The notes: generated by a model from the sequence alone, not told the origin. DNA of 55,785 nt from Syntrophaceae bacterium UBA4810 (GCA_002402545.1 DHGA01000011.1:1-55785); one strand, 5' to 3'. Shown: positions 27,853 through 38,466, counted from the stretch's first letter. Numbers and translations: made by a program.

Positions 27853-28620
27853 ATGGGACACAGCAATATTATTTTGTCAACACAGGATTTTATCACCACC
27901 ATCACTCTAAACCGCCCGCCGACAAATTCCGTTAATCTGGGCATCCGCGAAGAACTGAATCAGGCAGTAACCGAAGTGGAACAGAGCAAGGAAACCCGTG
28001 TGGTCATCATCACCGGCGCGGGGGACAAAGGCTTTTGCGCGGGCATGGATGTAAGCGACCTCGCCAACATCGCCAAAGGCCCTAATGGCAATGATGTTAT
28101 GAATAAAATCGAACGCTCAACAAAACCATTCATCGCGGCGATAAACGGCTACGCTCTGGGCGGCGGCTGCGAAATCGCGCTGGCCTGCCATTTCCGTTTT
28201 ATGACAGATAACCCTAAAGCGCTGATCGGCTGTCCGGAACTAAACTTAGGCATCACTCCCGGCTGGGGCGGTATTCAGCGCCTGCCCAGACTCCTGGGAA
28301 AATCCAAAGCGCTGGACATGATTATTTTCGCCAAAAGACTCACCCCTCCCGAAGCGCTGGCTATCGGTCTGGTCGATAAAGTTATTCCGGCGGCAGACCT
28401 AATCAAAGAAGCCACGTCTCTTGCACAGGCGCTGGCCAAACGTCCTCCTCTGGCGGTAAACGCAGTATTACAGGGCATGAGCGTCGGATTGGAAAAAGGC
28501 CTGGAAGAAGGCCTGCGCGTGGATAAAGAATGGTCGACCAAGCTAAGCCAGAGCAAAGACGCGGTGGAAGGAATGACGGCGTTTTTTGAAAAGCGCGAGC
28601 CAGCATTCAAGGGCGAATAA
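27853..28620 (+). CDS. Enoyl-CoA hydratase (crotonase)
   Basis: FCAGMD, AINGYALGGGCEIALAC and PELNLGITPGWGG. Both catalytic Glu residues are present. Confidence 0.93.
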   Translation: MGHSNIILSTQDFITTITLNRPPTNSVNLGIREELNQAVTEVEQSKETRVVIITGAGDKGFCAGMDVSDLANIAKGPNGNDVMNKIERSTKPFIAAINGYALGGGCEIALACHFRFMTDNPKALIGCPELNLGITPGWGGIQRLPRLLGKSKALDMIIFAKRLTPPEALAIGLVDKVIPAADLIKEATSLAQALAKRPPLAVNAVLQGMSVGLEKGLEEGLRVDKEWSTKLSQSKDAVEGMTAFFEKREPAFKGE

Positions 28621-28650
28621 TTTTATCCGCGCAAGGATGTATATGAAAAG

Positions 28651-29523
28651 ATGAAAATCGATCTTGGCAGCGTGAAAACAATCGGCAGCGGCTTGGTGCG
28701 GCCCGAAGGAGTAATGGCCTTGGATGACGGGCGCGTTTACACCGCTGATGGCCGCGGCAGATGCGCGCGGATTGAAAAAGACGGCCGCACAGGCTTCTGG
28801 GGAAACTTAGGCGGCGTGCCCAACGGCATCTGTATTGATGAAAAAGGCAAATGCATTATCGCCAACATCGGCAACGGCCAGGTGCAATCTCTGACGCCCG
28901 ACGGAAATCATGTCATCTTAATGACTCATGCCCAGGGCAAAAGAATGTCCAGCCCCAATTTCCCGTTTATCGATTCAAGGGAAAGATTATGGGTTTCCAA
29001 TTCCACAAGTCTTGCCAAGATTGACGCCGCGCTGCGGGCTCCTGTTGCCGACGGTTGCCTGGTGGTCATTATAAACGGCGAGGCGAAAATTGTGGCGGAA
29101 GGCATCTGTTTTGCCAACGGTGTTTCCGTCGATGAAAAGGAAGAATTTGTTTACGTGGCGGAAACAATGAAAAGACGCATCCTGCGCTACCGCATCAACA
29201 GCGATTCCGCTGTTGGCGAACCGGAAATTTACGGGCCGGATTCCCTGGGCCCTTTAGGTTTCCCCGATGGCATTGCTTTTGATGAGGCCGGTAATCTCTG
29301 GGTGGCACTGCCCGCACAAAACGCTGTTGGTTACATTACCCCTGCACGCAAATTCGAAATATACCTTGAGGATCCTCAACACAAGGTGTTGCGGCGTCCG
29401 ACCAATATCTGTTTTGGCGGAGAAAAAAGAAAGGTCGCCTTCATCGGCTCTCTCGACGGCACAAATGTTCCCTGTTTTGCAGTGCCGCATCCGGGAGCAA
29501 GGCTCATCCATCAGAAAAATTAA
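28651..29523 (+). CDS. SMP-30/gluconolactonase family beta-propeller
   Basis: RPEG, PNGI, SPN, FANG, FPDGIAFDEAGNLWV and PTNICFGG. Confidence 0.88.
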   Translation: MKIDLGSVKTIGSGLVRPEGVMALDDGRVYTADGRGRCARIEKDGRTGFWGNLGGVPNGICIDEKGKCIIANIGNGQVQSLTPDGNHVILMTHAQGKRMSSPNFPFIDSRERLWVSNSTSLAKIDAALRAPVADGCLVVIINGEAKIVAEGICFANGVSVDEKEEFVYVAETMKRRILRYRINSDSAVGEPEIYGPDSLGPLGFPDGIAFDEAGNLWVALPAQNAVGYITPARKFEIYLEDPQHKVLRRPTNICFGGEKRKVAFIGSLDGTNVPCFAVPHPGARLIHQKN

Positions 29524-29526
29524 TCC

Positions 29527-29561
29527 AAAAAACCCCCGGATAGATAATGCCGGGGGTTTTT
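29527..29561. terminator. Bidirectional intrinsic terminator
   Basis: AAAAAACCCCCGG...CCGGGGGTTTTT between convergent genes. Confidence 0.85.
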
Positions 29562-29566
29562 ATTGC

Positions 29567-30025
29567 CTAGAAAAATAGCATGGCCAGAGCTTCGGCAATA
29601 CAGGATGGTTTTTCCTGTCCGTCAATTTCGATGGTATGCGTGGTTGTCATCAGAATACGGCCGGGGCCTTTTTCTTCCAGCGCGCTGATAGACATCTTTG
29701 AACGCACGCGCGAACCTACCGGGACGGGATTGAGGAAGCGGACTTTATTCAGGCCGTAATTAACCGCCATCTTTAATCCCTCAGGCAAATAATTTGCTGA
29801 TTCGCTGAATACCGGAATCAATGAAAGTGTCAGAAATCCATGGGCAATCGGTCCGCCGAAGGGGCCTTTTTTCGCTTTTTCGATATCCACATGAATCCAC
29901 TGATGATCCTGTGTGGCATCGGCAAACCTATTGATTCTATCCTGGTCAATAAGCAACCATTCGCTCACACCGTTGTCCTGGCCAATCAAGCTTTTAAGTT
30001 TTTCGAGGGATACTAGTTCGGGCAT
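29567..30025 (-). CDS. MaoC-family (R)-specific enoyl-CoA hydratase/dehydratase
   Basis: FADATQDHQWIHVD, IAHGFLTLS and NYGLNKVRF..PV. Confidence 0.92.
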   Translation of the reverse strand: MPELVSLEKLKSLIGQDNGVSEWLLIDQDRINRFADATQDHQWIHVDIEKAKKGPFGGPIAHGFLTLSLIPVFSESANYLPEGLKMAVNYGLNKVRFLNPVPVGSRVRSKMSISALEEKGPGRILMTTTHTIEIDGQEKPSCIAEALAMLFF

Positions 30026-30044
30026 TTTTTCTCTCCTTTTTTTA

Positions 30045-31019
30045 TTAATTGTTTATCAGCCAAAGGGGTTTTTCGCCTTGCAGCACCCTGGCCAAATTAT
30101 CTAAAGCCATATTAATGATACGCCCACCTGATTCCCGGGTTGAACCGGCCAAGTGACAGGTTAAAATCATATTGGGCAGGCCGAAAAAAGGATGATCCGG
30201 CGGTGGCGGTTCTTCGGCGAACACGTCAACCGCGGCAAAAGCGATTTTCTTCTCTTGCAAGGCATGAGCCAAAGCTTCCTCATCAACCAACGCTCCTCTG
30301 CCCACATTGATGAGAACAGCCGATGGCTTCATCAGCGCCAGCTTTTCCGCGTCAATAATTTTTGTTGTTTCGGGCAGAAGCGGCAAGTGAATACTCACCA
30401 CATCAGCGGTTCTGAGAATTTCTTCCATTAAAGCATAAGCCGCGCCGTATTTTTTTTCCTCCGCCGCGCTCAATTTTACAATATCATAATAAAGAAGCTT
30501 GACGCCGAAAGGAGACAGGCGCTCTGCCACGGCGCGCGCCGTGCGTCCCATGCCCAGAAGTCCATATATCTTTTCGTTGAGTTCAAACACACCGGCGCTC
30601 TGCGCCTCGGAAAACAGCCATTCGCCCGCGTGGGTCTTCGCGTTATAGTAAGGAAGATTTTTAAGCGCCGACAAGGCCAGCATGATGGTATGTTCAGCCA
30701 CACCGATATCGTTGGCACCCGGCGTGTTGGCCACGGGAATGCCCGATTTCTTGCACGCGGCGATATCGATGTGATTATAGCCGACACTCGGCTGCTGGAT
30801 AAGTTTGAGTTTTTTGGCGTTACTAACCGCAGCGAGGGTTATAGGAGTGCTGGCGGTGTAATCGCCCAAAACAATATCCGCATCTGCAAATTCTGCCGCA
30901 AGCTTATCTTGAGAGAATTTGTGCGCATCAACAATTGTCAAATCAACACTGGAAACCCTGGTTTCGACAAGACTCTTAAGAAAGTCTCCAGGAAGAGGGG
31001 TGGTATTAACAATTTTCAT
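30045..31019 (-). CDS. D-isomer-specific 2-hydroxyacid dehydrogenase
   Basis: VGYNHID, VAEH, GLLGMGRTA, INVGRG.LVDE, DVFAEEP and HLAG. Confidence 0.92.
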   Translation of the reverse strand: MKIVNTTPLPGDFLKSLVETRVSSVDLTIVDAHKFSQDKLAAEFADADIVLGDYTASTPITLAAVSNAKKLKLIQQPSVGYNHIDIAACKKSGIPVANTPGANDIGVAEHTIMLALSALKNLPYYNAKTHAGEWLFSEAQSAGVFELNEKIYGLLGMGRTARAVAERLSPFGVKLLYYDIVKLSAAEEKKYGAAYALMEEILRTADVVSIHLPLLPETTKIIDAEKLALMKPSAVLINVGRGALVDEEALAHALQEKKIAFAAVDVFAEEPPPPDHPFFGLPNMILTCHLAGSTRESGGRIINMALDNLARVLQGEKPLWLINN

Positions 31020-31234
31020 ATATCCTCTATGATTCTTGATTAAAAATCAATCGCAATCGAAGAATCTTTATTTTCTCTAGAATATTGATTGCTCAATGTC
31101 AATGTGCAATAACATTACCCGACAGCTATTATAACTTAATTTTATTGACGCACAAGTTCCTTACTCATATACTCGAGGCATTAAAGAATAACAAGGCCAA
31201 CGAAGATCGACCAAAAATATTTTTTTAGATCTGG

Positions 31235-31573
31235 ATGAATAGCTTTATGAACGTCGTGAAGGCTATTTCGCAGACGGCGAAAGATGCGGGTGTAGAGATA
31301 TGTTTTGCCAATGCGGGAACAACGGAGCTGCCGCTGGTGGCGACCTTCGATAAGGTACTTGGTATCCGTCCCGTACTGGGACTTTTTGAAGGAGTATGCA
31401 CCGGCACAGACGACGGCAGTGCCATGTATACCGTTCAATCTTTGCGGTCGCCGGCGCAGGAGAAAGTCAATGTGCTCAAGATTATTTGCTGCGACCGCAA
31501 ATATTTTACGATTGAATTCGAATGCCGCCGCGCCGGAATGAATTCGCTAGGTGAAGCGGTGCTTGGCAGATAA
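31235..31573 (+). pseudogene. Internally deleted ThDP-dependent (acetolactate synthase large subunit-like) gene
   Basis: N-terminal AGVEICFANAGTTE...VLGLFEGVCTG is joined in frame to C-terminal DGSAMYTVQSL. Only 112 aa remain. TTGACG-N17-TATACT promoter at 31145-31173. Confidence 0.78.
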
Positions 31574-31675
31574 AAAGCGCAAGGGTATTTGTACATGATT
31601 TGACTAAATATTTAATTTGCTTGACGCGTAAAATGAACCTGCTAGTATTCCCTAAACAACAAAGTCTTATAAAAA

Positions 31676-32398
31676 ATGAAGGTAAATAAAATGACTAAGA
31701 TGCACTATACCATCGAAGACAAAATCGCCTTAATCACGCTGGATGACGGAAAAATGAACGTCATGAACCGGGAGTTTTTTCAGGAACTAAACGATTGCCT
31801 TGACCGCGCATTAGCCGACAAAGCCTCTGTCCTGATTTTTACGGGACGGCCGGGGATATTCTCCGCCGGCCTGGATTTAAAACTTCTGCCCACCCTTTCC
31901 ACCATTGAAGAACAGATTAAGTTTCAAAAGACATTCGCCTCCGTCATGCTGCGGGTTTATATGTTCCCCGTGCCGACTATCGCGGCCTACGCGGGACATT
32001 CTATCGCGGGCGGCGCCATTCTTTCTTACGCGTGCGACCGGTTTATGGTTGGCGAAGGCCCTTATAAAATTCAAATCAATGAAGTCGCGAATAAAATGCT
32101 TATCCCCAGCTGGATTTCTTTGATCTGCCGTTCCTCGATCCCCCCTCAGCACTGGAGGGAAGCCCTGCTGCATTCGCGGGCATATTCGCCTCGCGAGGCG
32201 TTTGAACGCGGCATTGTCGATGACCTGATTAAAGAAGAAGGCAAAGTAATGGATGCCGCAAAAGAGCTGGCCAGAGACCTTTGCAAACTTGATGGCAAGG
32301 CATATGCTTTTACCAAAAAATTCATGCGCCAGGAAGAAGCCGACAAGACCTTTAATTTGCTGGAAAAAGAACTTTTGACATGGCAAAAAAACACATAG
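31676..32398 (+). CDS. Crotonase-family protein (enoyl-CoA isomerase-like)
   Basis: LDDGKMN, FSAGLDL, GHSIAGGAIL and QINEV. Confidence 0.85.
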   Translation: MKVNKMTKMHYTIEDKIALITLDDGKMNVMNREFFQELNDCLDRALADKASVLIFTGRPGIFSAGLDLKLLPTLSTIEEQIKFQKTFASVMLRVYMFPVPTIAAYAGHSIAGGAILSYACDRFMVGEGPYKIQINEVANKMLIPSWISLICRSSIPPQHWREALLHSRAYSPREAFERGIVDDLIKEEGKVMDAAKELARDLCKLDGKAYAFTKKFMRQEEADKTFNLLEKELLTWQKNT

Positions 32399-32435
32399 AT
32401 TTTGTTTGATGCCCATCATTACAATATAAATTTTT

Positions 32436-33296
32436 ATGAGCACTAAAACCGGAAAAACAGCGCTGGTCGTGGAAGGCGGAGGAATGCGCGGCATTTTCGC
32501 CGCGGGCATTCTGCATGCATTCGGCAGGGAAAAATTTGACCCTTTTGATTTATATATCGGCGTTTCCGCGGGCGCCTGCCACCTGGCCTCGCATCTGGCC
32601 GGACAAAACGACCGTAATTTCGATATTACGCTGCGCTATTCGCTTACCTCACGCTTCATCAATCCCTGGCGTTTTTTGCGCGGCGGGCATCTGATGGATC
32701 TGGACTGGATGTGGGAGCAAACCATTACCAACTACCGGCTCAATCTTAAATATTTATTTGATAATCTGCGCGCCAAAGACAAGGAATACTTTGTCGTCGC
32801 CACATCAATGGAAACAGGCGAGGCACTTTATCTCAAACCCGATGAAAAGACGCTGGAAGACTATCTGAAAATCTCCAGCTCGATCCCGATTTTTTACAGA
32901 AACATTCTCGAGGTGGCAGGTGAGCCGGCCACGGATGGAGGCATGGCGGATTCCATTCCCGTGCGCCGCGCCTATGACTTGGGCGCGAACAATATCGTTG
33001 TTCTGCGCACCCGGCCTTCAGATTATGTAAAAAAGCAAAGCCGCCTGACTTTTATTTTTTCTCTTTATTTCAGAAAATATCCGCGTCTGGTGGAAAAATT
33101 CAAACTGCGCGCGCAAAATTACATGGAATCAGTAAATTTCATCCATCAGCCGCCGGACGGAGCCAATATCATCGAGCTTGCCCCGCCAAATAATTCCGGT
33201 GTCAGCAGAATAACACAAAACCAAGCCGCTCTACGGGCAAACTACGAAGCAGGCATCGAGTACGGTTATAAATTTATGAAAAGCTATCAGGCTTAA
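32436..33296 (+). CDS. Patatin-like phospholipase (DUF6363 type)
   Basis: EGGGMRG, GVSAG nucleophile and DGG.ADSIP. Confidence 0.9.
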   Translation: MSTKTGKTALVVEGGGMRGIFAAGILHAFGREKFDPFDLYIGVSAGACHLASHLAGQNDRNFDITLRYSLTSRFINPWRFLRGGHLMDLDWMWEQTITNYRLNLKYLFDNLRAKDKEYFVVATSMETGEALYLKPDEKTLEDYLKISSSIPIFYRNILEVAGEPATDGGMADSIPVRRAYDLGANNIVVLRTRPSDYVKKQSRLTFIFSLYFRKYPRLVEKFKLRAQNYMESVNFIHQPPDGANIIELAPPNNSGVSRITQNQAALRANYEAGIEYGYKFMKSYQA

Positions 33297-33436
33297 ATTG
33301 TTATCGTGATGCGAACAGCAATTTTATTACGTCCCTGCTCACAGATTTATTTTCTTGACACACCCTTTCGTTGTAATTATAGATAAAACACTATTCATTC
33401 TGGATATATAGTCGTCTCCACAAAATAATTTCTTGC

Positions 33437-36400
33437 GTGGTTACAATGGTCAAAGTCACCCGCCCCGTCAAACAGGATAGTTATTTACGCCAGCGTCTTT
33501 TTGATCAACTTGATAAAATGCGCAAAAATCCGGCCATCTGGATTTCCGCCCCAGCGGGCGCGGGAAAAACCACGCTGGTCAGCAGTTATATCGGCAGCCG
33601 TAAGCTGCCCTGTCTATGGTATCAGTGCGACAAAGATGACAGCGATCCGGCCACATTCTTCTATTATATGGGGCGCGTCGCGCAAAAAGCCTCCCCGGGC
33701 AAACGAAAGCCCATGGCTCTTTTCACCCCGGAATATCAGCACGGATTAGAAGCATTCACCCGCAACTACTTTCAGCAGCTTTATTTAAGGCTAAAAAAAC
33801 CTTCCTTGCTGATATTGGATAATTATCAGGATGTTGCCGATGCCCCGGAATTTCTGAAGATCATAAAAACTGCTTTTGCCCACGTTCCTGATGGTGTGAA
33901 TATTATCGTCATCAGCCGCCACGATCCGCCCGATGCTTTAATTCGCCTGCAGGCCAATGACATTATGGATATCCTGCGCTGGCCGGATATCCGTTTAACC
34001 GAAGAAGAAGCGCGCGGCGTTATCCACGCGCGGGAAAAAACTCTGGCTTCCGAAGAAATCTTTGAGGACATCTACAAAATTTCCGAAGGCTGGGCGGCAG
34101 GTCTTGTGCTGATCGCCGCCTCACTGAAAAATCAAAAAAGCAGCAGCGCTTTTACCGGCAAGCAAAGCCACGATGAAATCATCTCTTATTTCGGGCAGGA
34201 AATATTTAACCATCTCGATACAAAAATGCAAAATTTCTTTCTGCGCACGGCTTTTCTGCCGTAGATGACGAAGCACATGGCAGAAGAAATAACCGGCGAT
34301 TCATCAGCGAGTGATATTCTCAATGAGGTGAACAGAAAAAATTATTTCATTTCACGCCATGGCCAGGCGGATCCTGTTTATGAATATCATCCGCTATATC
34401 AGGATTTTCTGCAGGCGCAGGCCAAAAAACTGCTGCTGCCTGCTGACTTAAGGGAACTCCGCGGAAAATCGGCTACGCTACTGGAACTAAATGGCCAGAC
34501 AGAAGCCGCTGTTTTCCAATTAAAAGAAATCGGCGAATGGAAAGCCATGGCGGACATTGTGCTGACTCACGCCCCGGGCATGCTCAATGAAGGGCGCCAT
34601 CGCCTGCTTCAGGAATGGCTGGAATTCATGCATCCGGATGCGGCACAGGCCATACCCTGGCTTATCTATTTCAGGGCGATGAGTATTATGCCTTTTAATC
34701 CGGCTACGGCTCAGGAGCTTTTCGAAGAGGCCTTTGATAAATTTCAGAAGCAGCAAGATCAATTCGGTGCAATGCTTTCCGCCTCCGGCGCAATTAATGC
34801 CATCTTTTGGGGATACGAAAATTTCGCGCCACTTGATCATTGGCGCGCGGGGCTCAATGAACTCGCGCAGGATATGGATTCATTCCCAGATCAACAAATA
34901 GAGGCATGGGTCACGGGCTGTCTGGTCATTGCTTCATCCTTAAGAGAAGTATATTCTCCAGAAACCGAAGTCTGGGAAAAGCGGGTGTTCACTATTGTGG
35001 AAACATCTGCTACCGCTAGCATCAAGGCCCAGGCCTTGTATTTAGTCTATTGGCATCAATTATTCTACAAGGGCATTCCCGATGCCTTGCCCGTGTTAAA
35101 TGAGTTACAACGCATGGCCAGTGCTTATGAAACCCAACCATTGGTATCCGCCTGCGCCCTGTTAGCAGAAGCCCAATATCATCTGTGCACCGGCCTGCAT
35201 GATAAAGTAATGGCCGCGGCCATAAAAGGCCTGGATATAGCTGAAAAAACCGGCGTTCACTCTGCGGACGTTTGGTATTATTTTTTTCTCATCATGAGTT
35301 ACAACAATCGCATGGATTACGCGGGAACCGATCCCTGGATCGACAAGATACAAAAAGACGTCAATACCTGGCCTAAATGGTCGAAATCTAGTTATCACTG
35401 GATAATGACGCAGAGAGAAATATTCAGAAAAGATTACACACGGGCTCTGTATGAAGGAGAACTGGGGCTCGATCTTGCGATTAAATCGGGGAATCCGTTC
35501 AGTATTGCCTCAAACCATTTGTCATTGGCGAATTTGTTCCATATCATTGGTAAGCGTCATGAAGCGCTGGAGCATCTTGAACAGGGACGCTCTTACGCTT
35601 TGCAAAGAAACTCTAAAGTCACCATGATTATTGTCCTGCTTCATGATGCCAAATTTGCATTCGATGACGGAGACGAGGCCAAGGGACTTTCCCTGCTTGG
35701 TCAATCACTTGCCCTGGCACGAGAAAGCGAGGTTGCCATACACTTGTCTTATAATCCGATGCTGGCGCTGAGCATGTGTGAAAAAGCGCTGGACGAAGGC
35801 ATCGAGGTCGACTTTGTTCAGCATATCATACGCCGGCGTCAGCTCATTCCGCAAAAATCACCTGTTCACATAGAACACTGGCCCTGGCCGGTGAAGATTT
35901 ACACCATGGGACGTTTCACCATTTTGATTGATGATGAACACTCGCCACCGCAGAGAAAAACAAAACAGACGCCGATCAAACTGCTTCAGGCGCTTATTGC
36001 TCTGGGCGGCCGTGATGTTTCCTGCGAAAAACTGTCTGATCTTCTTTGGCCGGATGCCGAAGGCGATACAGCCCATCATGCGTTGGAAACAACTTTGCAC
36101 CGCCTGCGCGGACTGCTTGGATATCCCGATGCCATTCGCCTGGCTAACGGCAAACTCACTTTGGATAACCGTTACTGCTGGGTGGACACCTGGGCTTTTG
36201 AGCGCTTGCTGGGACAGGCCGATAATTGCATTGCAGGGGCAAATGAAGAATCACGTAAAAAAGACCTGATAGAAAAAGCTACTTCTTTATAAAAGGGTGG
36301 ATTTTTCGCTGGGCAGCCGGAGGAATCATGGATGATTTCCCCTGCCGAACACTTGAAATCAAAATATTTCAAAAGTACTTGGTGGATGGTCAACTATTGG

Positions 36401-36637
36401 GAAAAAAGAAACCGGTGGGATGAGGCTGCGCAATATTGTGAAAACCTTCTGGCCGTTGATGAATGCCGCGAGGACATTTACCGCAAGCTCATGTTCTTAC
36501 ACAAGAATATGGAAAACAAGAGCGAGGCCCTGCTTGTTTATAAGCGTTGCCGCAAAAGTCTTTCTTCCGTGCTGGGAATAGAGCCTTCACTCGAAACACA
36601 GGCGTTATATAAGGCGCTACAGTCGGATAAATCTTAA
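33437..36637 (+). pseudogene. MalT-like STAND ATPase + TPR + OmpR-type wHTH + BTAD regulator, broken by two in-frame stops
   Basis: One reading frame of 3201 nt containing APAGAGKTT, LILDNYQ, YEYHPL, LSDLLWPD...LETTLHRLR, WVDTWAF and EDIYRKLM...LGIEPS.ET. TAG at 34262-64 and TAA at 36290-92 (SL*KGGFF, where LYxG is expected). Confidence 0.82.
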
Positions 36638-36704
36638 AACCTGTTTATAATCAATTATTTGCGTCTCGATTTTTTAACCGGAATATTTTTTCATTTTTTT
36701 CCCA

Positions 36705-36724
36705 ATCTGTGAGCTATCTGTAAG
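36705..36724 (+). promoter_or_regulatory. 11-bp-period direct repeat, candidate SARP/OmpR-type binding site
   Basis: ATCTGTGAG (36705) and ATCTGTAAG (36716), with a weaker ATCTGCGCG at 36740. Confidence 0.55.
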
Positions 36725-36834
36725 TCCCTCCGTGTAACAATCTGCGCGAAATTAATTTTATTAAAGAGGCCGGAATGCGCGGCGTATCTTAGCAGGCGGA
36801 AATATTAATCGTGGCAATGAAGGGAAGATAAACT

Positions 36835-37071
36835 ATGCGCTCTATAACAGCTTCTCCAAGGCAGTCACGCATATCTTTTGCCACCTATATTGTACGTATT
36901 TATCAGTTTGAAAAAAATAAGCCGCAGCGTCTGCTGGGAGTTGTGGAAGAAGTAGGGACAAGGAAAAAAAGCGCCTTTGCCGGCCATGATGAGCTTTGGG
37001 CCATTCTCAGCTCACCTAAGGCCGCCGGGATAAAAAGTGGAAAGGGAAATAAGCGAAATAAAAACATTTAA
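36835..37071 (+). CDS. Small hypothetical protein downstream of the BTAD regulator
   Basis: AGGGAAG RBS and a protein-like core YIVRIY...LLGVVEEVG...F...ELWAIL. Confidence 0.6.
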   Translation: MRSITASPRQSRISFATYIVRIYQFEKNKPQRLLGVVEEVGTRKKSAFAGHDELWAILSSPKAAGIKSGKGNKRNKNI

Positions 37072-37091
37072 TAGAAAAAAGGAGGAAAGTT

Positions 37092-37796
37092 ATGAAAAAA
37101 TTATTTTGTTTGTCTGTATTTTTAGTTTTGGTTTTCGCATCATCTGGTTTTTGTCAGGATAAAGCCTATGATACCTACGGTATTTATCTTGGTCTTGTCG
37201 GCGGTTATGTTATTCCCACAGACGAAAGTGCAAAATTGACATTTCCAGCGGGTACTGTATTTAACCTTGACCCAGAATTAAAAAATGGTTTCCTATATGG
37301 GGCAAAAATCGGATGGCTCACCCCTTTCACCAAAAGGATTCTGGCTGTGGAATTAGAGTTCAATCGTCTGCAAAATAAATTTGATAGTGTCAATGATCCA
37401 ATTCTTCTAAATGGCGACATGAGCGGAAAAGCGGCCATCAACCTTTTTATGCTGAATCTGCTGGTCAGAAAACCAGATGGAAGATTTCATCCCTACGTTG
37501 GCGCCGGTGCCGGTTACGCTGATATAAAAGTTAGCGATATAATCATAAACACTATTACCGCTCCGGTTCCTGTATCTTTATCTGCCGGCAGCGACGGGGT
37601 GTTTGCTTACCAGGTCATGGCGGGAATTGATATCGACATTACCAAAAACTTTTTTTTAGGCATGGGTTATAAATACATTTCTCCTCAAAAGATTTCTTAT
37701 GACACTATTCTGACGGCTGTGGGACCTATCATGAGTACTATGAAACTGGATTATAGTTCTCACAACTTCGTGTTGAACATTGGTTACCTGTTCTAA
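37092..37796 (+). CDS. Outer-membrane beta-barrel protein (8-stranded OmpA-TM/OmpW-like)
   Basis: GGAGG RBS, signal peptide, PYVGAGAGY, FAYQVMAGID, GYKY and C-terminal NIGYLF. Confidence 0.88.
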   Translation: MKKLFCLSVFLVLVFASSGFCQDKAYDTYGIYLGLVGGYVIPTDESAKLTFPAGTVFNLDPELKNGFLYGAKIGWLTPFTKRILAVELEFNRLQNKFDSVNDPILLNGDMSGKAAINLFMLNLLVRKPDGRFHPYVGAGAGYADIKVSDIIINTITAPVPVSLSAGSDGVFAYQVMAGIDIDITKNFFLGMGYKYISPQKISYDTILTAVGPIMSTMKLDYSSHNFVLNIGYLF

Positions 37797-37848
37797 TTTG
37801 ATAAACTTTTGATAAAGTTGGAAGTGAAAGAGCGAAAGGCAAGCATCT

Positions 37849-37911
37849 AATAAACAAAGGGAACGGCTTTTTTAAACACAAAAACAAACAGAGCCGTCCC
37901 CTTTGTTTATT
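37849..37911. terminator. Long inverted repeat between convergent units
   Basis: ATAAACAAAGGGAACGGCT...AGCCGTCCCCTTTGTTTAT. Confidence 0.6.
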
Positions 37912-38400
37912 GTCTTTTCAGATACTGCATGGCGGCATCCTGAATGACGCCTACGATTGCCGCTGCAGGAAATTATTTTTTTGCAGAATCCGCAGAACTT
38001 CCGGCCAGGTTTTAACGACAGTTAGATCATCTTCATGCCCGATCCATTTGAGGCACGACGGCGTCGGCCGGGGGTTGAGCACGATTAATTTTTTCATCAT
38101 CCCCGGCATTCATTCTCCCTTTCGGCATAAACCTGTAGTGATGTCCTCCGTAATCCGTCCCCCAGGGACCGAACACATAATGCGGCACCTGGCCTTCCGG
38201 CGCGTCAGAAATAATTACGCCCACCCCTTTTTTATCGCCTCTTAATAGTTGCCGGATAAGGAGCAGGGCAATCCCCGCTTCGTTGGCCTTGACGATAACC
38301 GTTTTTTTGCGGCGTGGCACAGCATGGCGCTAGCTGTACAGATTCTCCGCCGGATCATTTACCGGCTTCATGCCGATAGATTACCGCCGTCGCGAAGAAT
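37907..38400 (-). pseudogene. Frameshifted C-terminal remnant, lactate-racemase (LarA)-domain-like
   Basis: Successive frames give KANEAGIAL, GVGVIISDAPEGQVPHYVFGPWGTDYGG, KKLIVLNP..WIGHEDDLTVVKTWPEVLRIL and AIVGVIQDAAMQYLKRQ*. The family call is from memory of the motif pattern. Confidence 0.5.
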
Positions 38401-38466
38401 CATCTTCTTTAACGCCCTTCTCTGTTTGGAAAAATGGTTTTTTAAACCTTCGCGCAGGGGCGATAG

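Noticed and set aside
34262..34264. Pyrrolysine or other amber read-through
   Set aside because: The same gene has a second in-frame stop (TAA) at a conserved Tyr, no pyl genes are in view, and TAG ends several normal genes here (4699, 8318, 29567).
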